Below, piece after piece: positions 1 to 10,406 of a stretch of 59,768 nt of DNA. The position numbers and the translations under genes are program-made. The stretch lies in assembly GCA_964604995.1 (NCBI GenBank), contig CAZSAD010000006.1, positions 1 through 59,768 on the forward strand, in the 5' to 3' direction. Below the pieces are notes generated by a model. That model searched no databases and had not been told where the DNA came from. It saw nothing but the letters and a program-made list of their open reading frames with translations. How positions within the stretch are numbered: the stretch's first letter is position 1; each line of letters opens with the position of its first letter. The DNA is from an uncultured Methanosarcinales archaeon. Its GTDB lineage: Archaea; Nanobdellota; Nanobdellia; Woesearchaeales; JABMPP01.

Positions 1-2
1 CA

Positions 3-1997
3 TCACAAATTAATCATACAACATATTATTCATATGTTGTAGATAATAGTGCACCATTGTTAGCTTCATCTAGAATTAGTCCAACAATTGCATATGCAAA
101 TGATACATTAATTGGATATTGTAATGCAACTGATATTGATAACAATAATGTTAGTTATAGTTGGAAATGGTTCTTGAATGGAGTATTAAATGTAACAGGA
201 GTAACTGAAAATAATTATACGCAAGGATTAGAAATTAATGTTGCAAATATTTCGAGTGTGAATTTAACTATTGGACAATCATGGATACTTAGTTGTCAAG
301 GTAATGATACAGCAAATGTTACAGAGTGGCTAAATAGCTCAACAATTACAATACAAATATTGTCTTGGAATTATCCAAATGTAACTCTTATTTCACCAAG
401 TAATAATACAATTATTAATGATTCTGCTACCCTAGATTTTACTTTTACTGCTAATGACACCAATAATCTTTTTAATGCTACATTATATTTCTGTAATTTT
501 AGTACAAGTAATAATGCATCTATTATTTATGTAGAGTGGATTGCTAACCGGTCTGTATGGAGTTTTAATGATAGTAATATTTCCATGAGTGGAACTGGCT
601 GGATGAATCTTACATATAATGTTTCTAACTGGCGTTCTGGTCAAACATATATTGCAACATCTGGAGAAACTGTTATTGCAGGAGAACCGCATACAAACTT
701 ATCTATGGGTACTAATCCTTATCCAACATATTATTTCAGGAAAAATTTTACCGTCACAGATACTTCAAAGATAATTAATATGTCTTTTAATATAGATTAT
801 GATGATTCTTATTCAGTATGGCTTAATGGTCATCAAATTAATGTTAGCACTGCAGGTTGTGATTGGAATAGCCACACTTCTTATTGTGGTGCAGTTCATA
901 ATTCATTAACAGATTTTACTGCAGCTACTGCTCCATTTTTCCCCAAATACCAATTAAATGCTACGAATCTTGGTTATTTGGTTAATGGTACTAATATTAT
1001 TGCTATTGGAATAAAACAAAGTGCATCAAGTACTGATGCTGCATTTGAATTTAGATTAGAAGGATATGAAAATCAAAGTTCATCTAATTATGGATGTAGT
1101 ACTCCATTTGCTGCAAACAAAACAATAAATATTTCTGGAACAATTAATAATTCTTACATAACTAATTCAATGATAGATGGACAATCTTATTTATGGAATA
1201 TTTTTGTATGTAATGGTGGAGGAAATTGTAGTTTTGCACCAGCAAATTATACATTAATTATTAATCTTACTGCAAATAATGCTCCATTAATAACTAGAGT
1301 TGATCCAGTTATGGCATTTAATCCTATTGAAGGAACTTCAAATATAATGTATATTAGTTACATTGCAATAGATTTAGATGGGAATGATACATTGAATATT
1401 AGCAGTGCAAGAGTAATTGTAAATAATTCTGTAATTTCAAGAACTAGCTCGCAATGTTCCGGAGCACCCATTAACAATACTGCTATTAATATCAGTTGTA
1501 ATATTACAATGAAATATTATGATCCTAGTGGTATTTGGTCAATAAATGTTTCAATAAAAGATAACACATCAATATATGTTGAAGATATCACTTCAACGTT
1601 TACTGTTAATGAATTAACTGCAATATCATTAGATAGAATATTACTAAACTTTGGTTCAATTAATGTTGGAGAGAGCAATGTTAGCGCAAATCCAATAGTT
1701 GTAAATAATACTGGAAATATGAACATTGCTAATTTGAGTATTGTTGCATATGATTTAAGATTTGGATCAAACTATATTTCAGCAAGAAATTTCACAGTAA
1801 ATACGACTAATTCATCACTTGGAAGAACATTGTTAAATGCAACACCAATAACAATAGATAATTCTTTACTAGTAAAAACAACTGATACACAAAATAGCAA
1901 TATTAGTTTGTATGTATTTGCTAATGTGCCTCAAGCACCAATGATTAGCGGTACTTACACATCAATAAATGAGTGGAGAATTACGTCTATTAATTGA
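3..1997 (+). CDS. Large secreted surface glycoprotein, 5'-partial: Ig-like domains, a galactose-binding-like jelly-roll, and a C-terminal domain paralogous to the 4378-5223 protein
   Basis: The frame is open to the window edge (SQINHTTYYSYVVDNSAPL...). It has a jelly-roll-like segment YYFRKNFTV...YDDSYSVWLNG...GTNIIAI and many NxS/T sequons. The last ~240 aa align by eye with 4378-5223 (YYDPSGIWSIN vs FYDSAGRWSIN; GTYTSINEWRITS vs GSYTSEQEWTITAS). Confidence 0.75.
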   Translation, partial: SQINHTTYYSYVVDNSAPLLASSRISPTIAYANDTLIGYCNATDIDNNNVSYSWKWFLNGVLNVTGVTENNYTQGLEINVANISSVNLTIGQSWILSCQGNDTANVTEWLNSSTITIQILSWNYPNVTLISPSNNTIINDSATLDFTFTANDTNNLFNATLYFCNFSTSNNASIIYVEWIANRSVWSFNDSNISMSGTGWMNLTYNVSNWRSGQTYIATSGETVIAGEPHTNLSMGTNPYPTYYFRKNFTVTDTSKIINMSFNIDYDDSYSVWLNGHQINVSTAGCDWNSHTSYCGAVHNSLTDFTAATAPFFPKYQLNATNLGYLVNGTNIIAIGIKQSASSTDAAFEFRLEGYENQSSSNYGCSTPFAANKTINISGTINNSYITNSMIDGQSYLWNIFVCNGGGNCSFAPANYTLIINLTANNAPLITRVDPVMAFNPIEGTSNIMYISYIAIDLDGNDTLNISSARVIVNNSVISRTSSQCSGAPINNTAINISCNITMKYYDPSGIWSINVSIKDNTSIYVEDITSTFTVNELTAISLDRILLNFGSINVGESNVSANPIVVNNTGNMNIANLSIVAYDLRFGSNYISARNFTVNTTNSSLGRTLLNATPITIDNSLLVKTTDTQNSNISLYVFANVPQAPMISGTYTSINEWRITSIN

Positions 1998-2111
1998 TAA
2001 AATAATAATTAGAGAGTATATCTTAGTGGTATGTGTTAATTTAAATTAAAATGTTGAATAAGAATTAAAAATTAATAGTTAATATTTAACTATCTTAAAA
2101 TAATTATTAAT

Positions 2112-3392
2112 TTAATGTTTTTTAGATCTTTGTTTTGTATCTTCAAAAAGTTCATCAGTTTCATATTTTCTCTTAATAATTTTTTTTGAATGAGGCCATG
2201 GATGTTTCAACAAAAAAATAATGGTAGCTCCCAAAATTAATATGGTACTTAAAATTAAATAAGTATATAAATTAATTGAAGAAAGATATTCCCATATGCG
2301 TGCAATATTTCCAGATTTTCCAGGAGAGAGTTTTTCTTCTACTTTGGAAAATTGTTCTTTAGGTATAACTGAAAATTGTACAACACTTGATTTTGTAAAA
2401 TTACCCGCTTTTAGAGATACTGATAAAAAATAATAACCTGCTGTTAAATTTTTTGGCATATTCAAAGACGCTGCTATTTTTTTCTCGTCATCTATTTTAA
2501 AAGTTTTTCCAGCTGAAGCAAACATAACTCCCCTTTTGTCAAAAAGAGTATAGGTTACAACAATACCATTATTTTCTTTAGGAAGATTATCAAATGCAAA
2601 AGAAAAATCTAATGAATTTCCTGCTTCGATTTCCTTTTCGATTTTAGGTATTGTTATATCAAGGTCAATATTAGAGGACTTTTGATTTACATTTACTACA
2701 ACTAAAACTGTTTGTTTAGAATTTTGAGATGTAATTGATATTGGGATAGTATATGTTCCAGGTTGTACTTTACTAGAATCTATTATATATGGAAGTTCTA
2801 CAGACTCATCTTTTTTCACAATGAAGTTGTTGTTTAATAATTGAACTAAATCTTTTGGCCCCTTATAATCTGGAGGATATGCAATTTCCATTGCTAAGCT
2901 TTGATTGTTATCTGCTTTGATGATTATATTGTCAGTACTGCTATCTTCTTCTAATATTTCGATATTTTCAAAATCTGAAGATAATTCAAAATCAACAGGA
3001 GTTTGAGTAGGTGAATCTTCTATATCCGGAGGAAAATAAAATGAAGCTCCGCCATCACCACCTCCTCCACCACCTGAACTACTCCCAGTTTGTTCGGTAG
3101 GTTCTGGCTCAGGACACGCTATGTATTCTTGAGGCTTTTGATAATTATTATTACAACTATTTTGATCTAAACATTGTCTTGTACCGCAAGTTATTTCTGA
3201 ATAATTAGTACAATACCATTCAGTTTTACAAATAGTTGTTCCAACTACAAAAGATTGAGCTAATGAAGAAGGCACATTTAAAAAAAATAAGGTGACAAGT
3301 AAAACACCAAAGAAAATGAATAATATGTTTAAATTGAATAATAAATAAAGAGGGTTTATTTTGTTATTTGTTTTGATTTTTACTTTAAGCAT
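2112..3392 (-). CDS. Membrane-anchored surface protein: signal peptide, Cys-rich module, Gly linker, Ig/CARDB-like domains, C-terminal TM
   Basis: N-terminal hydrophobic stretch; CKTEWYC...CGTRQCLDQNSC...KPQEYIAC; SSSGGGGGG; GTYTIPI and GYYFLSV Ig-type strands; TM helix followed by a basic tail. Confidence 0.75.
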   Translation of the reverse strand: MLKVKIKTNNKINPLYLLFNLNILFIFFGVLLVTLFFLNVPSSLAQSFVVGTTICKTEWYCTNYSEITCGTRQCLDQNSCNNNYQKPQEYIACPEPEPTEQTGSSSGGGGGGDGGASFYFPPDIEDSPTQTPVDFELSSDFENIEILEEDSSTDNIIIKADNNQSLAMEIAYPPDYKGPKDLVQLLNNNFIVKKDESVELPYIIDSSKVQPGTYTIPISITSQNSKQTVLVVVNVNQKSSNIDLDITIPKIEKEIEAGNSLDFSFAFDNLPKENNGIVVTYTLFDKRGVMFASAGKTFKIDDEKKIAASLNMPKNLTAGYYFLSVSLKAGNFTKSSVVQFSVIPKEQFSKVEEKLSPGKSGNIARIWEYLSSINLYTYLILSTILILGATIIFLLKHPWPHSKKIIKRKYETDELFEDTKQRSKKH

Positions 3393-3401
3393 TTTGGCTC
3401 C

Positions 3402-4298
3402 TTATTTATCTTTTTTATTTTGAAGCTTATTAATGTTTTCTTCAGCTTGCTTTAACCAATAATAGAAATCTTTGCCGTGGATTTTACCATTAGGATTATT
3501 TTCATAGTATCTTAATAATTGTACTCTAAATTTTTTCCATTCTTCAAGTTTAGAACTATCGCTCTGATTTGAATTTAATGATTTAGTTAATTCTTGCTTT
3601 TCTTCTAATTCTTGTTTATTTCGTATTGTTTTAACTTTTGAAGACAAGTTAAAAAATTTGTTTGATATTTTAGTAGATAAACCCCAGAATCTTATCAATA
3701 TAAAGAAAATCATCACAATTATTGTAAGAGCAAGTATTAACATCCCCCATGGAGATAAAATATTTACTAAAGTTTTTTTTGTTTTGGTTGCATATGTATT
3801 TAATGACTTTAGAATTTTATCATATTGCGTTTCGGTATATCCTTGACCATACTTATCAACAACAAGAATTGTAACTTTTCTTGCAATTTCTACAACCATT
3901 GGTACTTGACCTGAAACATTAAGAAGTGGTTTAGCTGCATATGAAAGTACATACAAATCGCCAGGTTTTGCTTCTTTAGGGATTTGAATTTGAAAATTGT
4001 ACACATTATTGAAAGTTTTAGGCAATATATGCATATTTGCAGGTATTAAATATGCAATGTTATTATCACTATTGTATTTTATTTGGACATCGAATTGCAA
4101 ATCTTCATTGTTCTGAATAGTTATTGTATAAGTATAAGATTGACCGGGCTCTAATTTTAAAGTATTATTTTCTAAGTAGGGTGTTCCAACACCAAAAGAA
4201 TACACTAATTTAGGCATTATGAATAAAAAAATAGAAAAGAATATAACAAATAAGAAGTATTTATAATTCAAAAAATTAAATATTTTTTTAGCATGCAT
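3402..4298 (-). CDS. Signal peptide, one Ig-like (DUF916-like) domain and a TM anchor
   Basis: LKLEPGQSYTYTITIQN and IQIPKEAKPGDLY resemble DUF916/chaperone-type Ig folds; TM WGMLILALTIIVMIFFILIRF. Confidence 0.6.
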   Translation of the reverse strand: MHAKKIFNFLNYKYFLFVIFFSIFLFIMPKLVYSFGVGTPYLENNTLKLEPGQSYTYTITIQNNEDLQFDVQIKYNSDNNIAYLIPANMHILPKTFNNVYNFQIQIPKEAKPGDLYVLSYAAKPLLNVSGQVPMVVEIARKVTILVVDKYGQGYTETQYDKILKSLNTYATKTKKTLVNILSPWGMLILALTIIVMIFFILIRFWGLSTKISNKFFNLSSKVKTIRNKQELEEKQELTKSLNSNQSDSSKLEEWKKFRVQLLRYYENNPNGKIHGKDFYYWLKQAEENINKLQNKKDK

Positions 4299-4377
4299 TG
4301 GAAAAAATTAGACTAATAGCTTAATAAAATTTTCTTTTCAAAAATTGAAAGTATAAAAAATAAAAAAAATTATGCAA

Positions 4378-5223
4378 TTAAGATGCAGTAATTGTCCATT
4401 CTTGTTCAGAAGTATAACTGCCATCTGGGAGAGGTGTTGGAATATCCAAGTAGACATATAATGTTGAATTTCCTTGGACAGCTATTGCTGAATTGGTTAA
4501 TACGACACCAGAATTATTAAGCATTATTTGACCATTACCACTTGCGTCAGTAGTATTGACTGTAAAATTACCAACACCAATTATATTGCTACCTGATTGT
4601 AAGTCAAATGCTGTTAAAGATAATTGAGTAAATGCACCATTACCACTATTATTTACAACTTGTGGCTGATTAGATGGAGCTACATTTTGTTGTCCTGGTG
4701 TACCTGAAAATGTTAATGATGTTGTTTTTATTCTAATACCATAGGTATAACCTAAAGTTACAGCTTCTGTGATATTTTGTGCCATTGAACTTGCACCGTC
4801 GTAAACTGAAGCATTTATAGACCATCTGCCTGCTGAATCATAAAAGTCTATAACTAAAGTACAATTGTATTGATTTACAGTTGCAGTATTGGCAGAAACA
4901 ACGCATCCACTAGAAGTATGTGTTGAACCGCTATTATTGATTATAACTTGTGCACTTGATGAGGGAATATCTGCAACACCATTTGAATCGGAGGCATTGA
5001 ATAGAACATAGATTGTTTTTTGGGATCCTTCTGTTGGGAATTCATTTAAATTTTGAACCCATGTAATAGTTGGACCTGCATTATTTATAGTCAAAGAAAC
5101 ATTAAAAACTGAACTGTTACCTGCATTAGATAATCCAGTAAATGGGATGTAAATTGCCGTTAACATAAAAACAAATACAAACAAAGAAACGAATGGCACC
5201 ATATATTTTTTTTCAAATTTCAT
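4378..5223 (-). CDS. Secreted beta-rich fibre-subunit-like protein with a WxL-like C-terminus
   Basis: Signal peptide, no C-terminal anchor, ends LYVYLDIPTPLPDGSYTSEQEWTITAS; SD-like GAGGCG and its own TATA box upstream. Confidence 0.65.
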   Translation of the reverse strand: MKFEKKYMVPFVSLFVFVFMLTAIYIPFTGLSNAGNSSVFNVSLTINNAGPTITWVQNLNEFPTEGSQKTIYVLFNASDSNGVADIPSSSAQVIINNSGSTHTSSGCVVSANTATVNQYNCTLVIDFYDSAGRWSINASVYDGASSMAQNITEAVTLGYTYGIRIKTTSLTFSGTPGQQNVAPSNQPQVVNNSGNGAFTQLSLTAFDLQSGSNIIGVGNFTVNTTDASGNGQIMLNNSGVVLTNSAIAVQGNSTLYVYLDIPTPLPDGSYTSEQEWTITAS

Positions 5224-5298
5224 TTTCGCCTCGAGACATAATAAATTTAGTGTTGTTAAGTATATACTAATAGTATTTTTTGATAATTAAGTATGTTA

Positions 5299-5318
5299 GT
5301 ATATAAATACTTTTCGGT
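5299..5318 (-). promoter_or_regulatory. Archaeal BRE-TATA promoter for 4378-5223
   Basis: Minus strand reads ACCGAAAAGTATTTATATAC (BRE CCGAAA followed by TTTATATA). Confidence 0.65.
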
Positions 5319-5399
5319 TCATATTATAAGATGGAAGGGCATTATAGTGATATTATATAATGATATAATGCCAATAATTTAAAATCAAGAATACCAATT

Positions 5400-8300
5400 T
5401 TAGATAGTAATTTCATTAGATTCTATTTTTATTGCAGGATCTGCACTTTTCCAAGTTTCATCTAAAGCTTCTATTTTATAGGTATGATCTTTTGAATCTT
5501 GGTTATCTAAAGTTATTTCGGTCACATTGACATCATTTAAAGTATTGATTAAAGTATCTCCATCATATATTCTGTAACCTGCTAAATCTCTTAGTATTGA
5601 TTCTTCATTGTTTACTGGTTCATTTTTAGTTGGTTTAATCCAACTAAGCTTAACAGAATTTATTCCTATAACTTGCACAGTTATTGGACCTTCCATTTTT
5701 GGTCTTATTGTGTCAATTAAATCAAGTTTAATAGATTTAAGAATAGTTTTATTTTCATTTCCTGCATAATCCATTGCAACAATTGCAACATAAATTGTAT
5801 TTTTCTCTTTAGATTGATTATAATCTTTTAGATCATAAACAATTTTGTTTAAGATATTGTTATCTGCCAATTCAAAATTCAAATTTGGTTCAGATGTAGA
5901 TTTGAAATCTTTTGAAAAACTATAATAGATTTTGTATTTGTAAATGTCAAATTCAGGAGATTTGACCCAATTTACTAAAATACTATCTTCATATTTATCA
6001 CCATTTGTTTCTAATGTAAAATCAGTTATTGGTATAGGTGCAAGCTCATCAGCTAGATATAATGCAAAATTAATAGAAATTGGTCTTTCTTTAATTTTGT
6101 TGTCTGATAAATCATAAGGATTGTATGAAATTTTAGTATCAGGTGTTATAACACAAAGCCTTACAACTCTTGGAGATTCGCACATTTTTAATAATTCAGG
6201 CTTATTTTTTAATGAAGGATCAAAAATAGCAATATTTCCTCCAGATTTATAAAATGAAATATAAGTAGGAGCATCATAAGTGTAAATATCTTCTTTATCT
6301 CCGAAATATTTTGCCGAAAATTCTGATTCTTCTAATTTTTTGTCTTGATATTTTAAAGCAATGCTAAATTCATCTGCCTGAGTAATATAAAGTATATCTT
6401 TATCTGTGAATTTTACAACACCGATATCAGTATCTTGAAGATTATACAAAAGATTTTTGTTTTGCTCTTGATTATAATCAATGTTATCTTCATAGGATAA
6501 TTGGATAGATGTTTTTTGAGTTGTTTGAGTTGCTGAATTTATTTGAGATCTTAAAGGGATTATTTTTAAAATAGGTTCATATTTTGAGTCGCTTTCTAAT
6601 TTTATTTGTGGCATTAAAAAATTACATACACAATTATCTTCTTTTCTATCTTTGCATAGTTGAACTGCTTCAGCTAAATTGAAAAAAATCTCAGAGGGAG
6701 GTTCATCACATGAGCCCATTTTCCATGAAAAAGTTCCAGGTTTTGCTGCAACGGGAACATTTTGTAAGTCCACATTAGGAAGATTTTCAAAAATAGAAGG
6801 GGGAGCATTATCTGCCCAAGGAGGAACAAACAATGCCCATGTACTTTTTCTAACATAAGTTTCTAATGCATTTCCAGCTCCGAAATAACATTTTGCATTT
6901 CCTTTTGCAGTTTCATAGCTACTACTTCCAAATTCATAATGCCAATATTCACTATTAAAATTTGCCCATCCACTTTTACACATTATTTCTCTTAGTTTTT
7001 TAGTAACATCATAATCGCCAGCACTTGTTCTTCCATCTGGAGCAACTAATTTAACATCAACTGCCCTTCCAATTACATGCGGACAACTAGAAAAACTGCT
7101 TGGATTATTTGGATCAATTGGTCTTGATGGACAAACTGCAGCAGGCTGCGGTATATTTTCACCATTTCTTATTCTTTCTAATTTGGATTGTCTTTCTTTA
7201 TACAAACTACTTTGCACTTTCCAATCTCTTGCGACACTAGTTAAAATTAATTTATATCCTACTGGAATATTTGGAATAATATTATCTAATTCTTTTGTGG
7301 CATCTGGTTGCATACAACAATTATTGCCTGCACCACAAATTATTACGCCATTTGGATTTTTTATTTCTAACCAACCACTTGGAAATCTTGAATCTGTGCA
7401 TGGACCTGAAATAACAGTTTTTGCTTTAGCGGGATCTATTGGTAATAATTCATCTTCTTGCAAAGGAGTATCGGGTAAATCGGGGTCTTGTACTTGCAAA
7501 CCAATATTTGCTTGTTCTATTAAACTAAGTACGCATCCAATTGGAACATCGCTATTGTTACAAATGCTCAAAAAATAATTTGTACTTTCAATTACTTCAT
7601 CATAAACAGTGAAATCATATTCAGGGTTTAACCTATAAGAAGGATAAATCCTATAAACACCATTTATACTATTAGAGGAACTAAATTGAGTTATTAATCT
7701 TGGAGAAGCTTTGGGAGTTATACCTTGAGCGATGCGAGGTCCACTTGCTTGCATACCCGTTATTGAATTAATTTTGGAATTTGTATTTAAATATTCTAAA
7801 TTCGGAGGAGAAGGATTTTCAGGAGGAGTTATTTCACCAGAAATTTGAGCATACTTTGCATTGTATGTTAAAAAATTATTCACATATGCTTTAATAATTC
7901 CCACTTTTATTTCTTTTCCTTGTGCGTCCCCGTAAGGAATCATCTCGGGTCTTAAATTTGGAGAAACTTCTGCCCATTTTGGATTTTGATTTCCAGTTAA
8001 TGAAATTGTTTTTTCAATTGCTTTTTTTATTGGATAACTTCCACCATTGTAAGCTGCAACTGCAAATATGAATCTGTCATCATATTGTTTAAAATTATCA
8101 ATTAATGATGATAAGTATCTTGCAATAAATCTTATTGAATTATCTTCATCATATCTACTGTCTTGAACTTGCCAACACTCACAATTTTGTCTCCAATCTT
8201 TACAAATAAATTCAGAGGGCTCGTGCAATTCTGGAAATAAATCAGGATACATTTTTGGAGCACCTCCGGCAAGATTTGCTTGAGATAAACCAATTGCGTT

Positions 8301-9065
8301 ACCATTATCACCAACTATACAAGGATTGCCTTTTGTTTCTATCATAATTATTGCAGCAATTGCACTAGGAGTTAATTCTAAGTTGGCTTTTTTAGATTGC
8401 TGCTCTATTGCTATGCCTGAAGTTATTTTACCGTGATAAGTTTGGTAAATTTTATTTAATAATTCGTTCTCCCAATTTACAGTTTGCCTTGGCATAAGAT
8501 TTTTAGCAAGATCGGTGTATGTTCCTGACCCATAATTTCCAGCATAATTATAATCAATTAAAGATGAACTACCTACAGGAATTAGAATATCACTTTTTGC
8601 AACTGCTAAAATATCACCATTTTCATCATAGGAATATTCATAGTTTGAAACTGGAATTACAAGATCATTATAAGTTAAGATAATTTTACTAAGATCTTTT
8701 TCAAGAATTTTGAAATATTCTGTTTTATAGTCTGGAAAACATTCTTTTGATTGAACTTGCCAAAAATTGGAATTAATTAATTTTCCGCAAGGATTTGGTA
8801 AGCCAAATCCGCCTTCTTTTCCAAAATCATAAATTGCCTGACGATTTGCAAGTTTTGCTGAAGTATCTGTAAAAATGAGTGCCCTTTCTCCTCTTTGGTA
8901 TGCTTGAAAAATATCAAATTGCTTTAAGCCTATTGGCTCTTTTAGCTGATTTGCTTGTTTTCCGATTATTATGTAAAGATAAACTAAACCAGCAAATGCT
9001 ATAATAAGAACTACTGTTGAGAAAAGCATTGCTCTTTTATTTTTTAATGGGTTAATTATTTTCAT
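5400..9065 (-). CDS. Class III signal peptide protein with lytic transglycosylase (SLT), M15-family Zn peptidase and C-terminal FN3 domains
   Basis: KNKRA|MLFSTVVLIIAFAGLVYLY. SLT motifs IAAIIMIETKGN, GLSQ, AVAAYNGG. M15 motifs TSVARD, CPHVIGRAVD, EYWHYE. FN3 motifs LVNWVK..YKIYY and KLSWIKP..AGYRIY. Confidence 0.88.
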   Translation of the reverse strand: MKIINPLKNKRAMLFSTVVLIIAFAGLVYLYIIIGKQANQLKEPIGLKQFDIFQAYQRGERALIFTDTSAKLANRQAIYDFGKEGGFGLPNPCGKLINSNFWQVQSKECFPDYKTEYFKILEKDLSKIILTYNDLVIPVSNYEYSYDENGDILAVAKSDILIPVGSSSLIDYNYAGNYGSGTYTDLAKNLMPRQTVNWENELLNKIYQTYHGKITSGIAIEQQSKKANLELTPSAIAAIIMIETKGNPCIVGDNGNAIGLSQANLAGGAPKMYPDLFPELHEPSEFICKDWRQNCECWQVQDSRYDEDNSIRFIARYLSSLIDNFKQYDDRFIFAVAAYNGGSYPIKKAIEKTISLTGNQNPKWAEVSPNLRPEMIPYGDAQGKEIKVGIIKAYVNNFLTYNAKYAQISGEITPPENPSPPNLEYLNTNSKINSITGMQASGPRIAQGITPKASPRLITQFSSSNSINGVYRIYPSYRLNPEYDFTVYDEVIESTNYFLSICNNSDVPIGCVLSLIEQANIGLQVQDPDLPDTPLQEDELLPIDPAKAKTVISGPCTDSRFPSGWLEIKNPNGVIICGAGNNCCMQPDATKELDNIIPNIPVGYKLILTSVARDWKVQSSLYKERQSKLERIRNGENIPQPAAVCPSRPIDPNNPSSFSSCPHVIGRAVDVKLVAPDGRTSAGDYDVTKKLREIMCKSGWANFNSEYWHYEFGSSSYETAKGNAKCYFGAGNALETYVRKSTWALFVPPWADNAPPSIFENLPNVDLQNVPVAAKPGTFSWKMGSCDEPPSEIFFNLAEAVQLCKDRKEDNCVCNFLMPQIKLESDSKYEPILKIIPLRSQINSATQTTQKTSIQLSYEDNIDYNQEQNKNLLYNLQDTDIGVVKFTDKDILYITQADEFSIALKYQDKKLEESEFSAKYFGDKEDIYTYDAPTYISFYKSGGNIAIFDPSLKNKPELLKMCESPRVVRLCVITPDTKISYNPYDLSDNKIKERPISINFALYLADELAPIPITDFTLETNGDKYEDSILVNWVKSPEFDIYKYKIYYSFSKDFKSTSEPNLNFELADNNILNKIVYDLKDYNQSKEKNTIYVAIVAMDYAGNENKTILKSIKLDLIDTIRPKMEGPITVQVIGINSVKLSWIKPTKNEPVNNEESILRDLAGYRIYDGDTLINTLNDVNVTEITLDNQDSKDHTYKIEALDETWKSADPAIKIESNEITI

Positions 9066-9116
9066 TTTATTGTGTTTTTTAATTTTTTAGTTTAGTTGCT
9101 TTTAGTTAGTTACTTT

Positions 9117-9740
9117 TTAGTTAGTTACAGTTGGATGATCTTTTGATCCTAAATGCAACTCCATTATTATTTTTTGATTGATATTTGAACCAATTGGTGA
9201 AGGTGCTTGCATCTCAATTGGAAAAACTTCAATACCATTATCGCTATTGCAAGAAATTAAAGGATTTTCCCAATTTCCGGATTGAATTTTTTTATCTGTA
9301 TCATCTATTGATGCAACAAATATTTTAATATAACAAATATTCTTGGGAAGTACTTTGACATCAAATGTCTTTAGAAAATTTTCACTTGTTTCACTTATTT
9401 TTTTAGTATAAAAATTATCTTTATTTTCAATATCAACATTTGCTGCTATTCCAAGAGGAGTCATAACCCACCCTTTATCATCCATATTAACTGGTGTTTG
9501 TAGATAGTGAAAAAAATAAGATTCAAGTGCTATTTTTCCAGCATCTGATCCGATTTCTTGCTTTATACTATTTTTACTAATTGCTGTTAAAAAAACAAAA
9601 ATCAATGCAACTAGAACAAATATAATAAAAATCCATATATCTGAAAAAGCTTCTGCTAAAAAACCTGCTTTTTTGCCAAATTTAAAATTTAACTTGACAT
9701 TTAGTCTTCTTTTTTTGATTAGTCTTAGTAAATTAAACAT
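9117..9740 (-). CDS. Pilin-like protein (class III signal peptide)
   Basis: GKKAG|FLAEAFSDIWIFIIFVLVALIFVFL. Confidence 0.7.
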   Translation of the reverse strand: MFNLLRLIKKRRLNVKLNFKFGKKAGFLAEAFSDIWIFIIFVLVALIFVFLTAISKNSIKQEIGSDAGKIALESYFFHYLQTPVNMDDKGWVMTPLGIAANVDIENKDNFYTKKISETSENFLKTFDVKVLPKNICYIKIFVASIDDTDKKIQSGNWENPLISCNSDNGIEVFPIEMQAPSPIGSNINQKIIMELHLGSKDHPTVTN

Positions 9741-10335
9741 TTTGTATTATCACCAATACTTTTAGTATGCCTGATTTTTGTGCATTGTTTTCTTTTATAA
9801 AAACTGGAACAGTAAATTCTTTTCCTTTCACTCCGCCTTTACCAACACTAAATCCTTGTCCTGCCATATACAATACTTCTTTTTCATCAAAGAATAATTT
9901 ATTGTAATAAACAACTGCATCATGAACTGAATTAGTAGATGTATCTGTAATTGAAATGATTTTACCATCTAAATCAAGAAGTGTAAGTTTTGCTCCAACA
10001 ACTCGGTTATTTTCGCCAAAATATATGCTTTTTTCTATATTGTCTTCGAAATACTTTTGATCAAAATATTTTGTATCAATTACACCCGGATATAATCTTT
10101 TAATTTGCTCGTCATAAAAGGAAATTCCATTTCTTGAATAGATAAATCTTTGGTACATAATTTCAATTTCGGCATCGCTTGAATCAATTTTTGTTACAAT
10201 TTGCATTTTAACCATTATTAAAATAAAAAAAGTCACAACTAAAATAAATGATAATTTCAAAGTCAAAAAATTAAGCAAACTAAAATTCAACTCTGCTTTT
10301 TTTCCAATTCTTTTTACAAATTTTTTTCTTGTCAT
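9733..10335 (-). CDS. Pilin-like protein (class III signal peptide)
   Basis: GKKA|ELNFSLLNFLTLKLSFILVVTFFILIM; overlaps the downstream gene by 8 nt. Confidence 0.7.
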   Translation of the reverse strand: MTRKKFVKRIGKKAELNFSLLNFLTLKLSFILVVTFFILIMVKMQIVTKIDSSDAEIEIMYQRFIYSRNGISFYDEQIKRLYPGVIDTKYFDQKYFEDNIEKSIYFGENNRVVGAKLTLLDLDGKIISITDTSTNSVHDAVVYYNKLFFDEKEVLYMAGQGFSVGKGGVKGKEFTVPVFIKENNAQKSGILKVLVIIQNV

Positions 10336-10406
10336 GTTAATTAAAATGTTTTTAGTATGTTTTAGTATGCAATATGATATTTGTTTGAAATTATTTTAGT
10401 TTGAGA

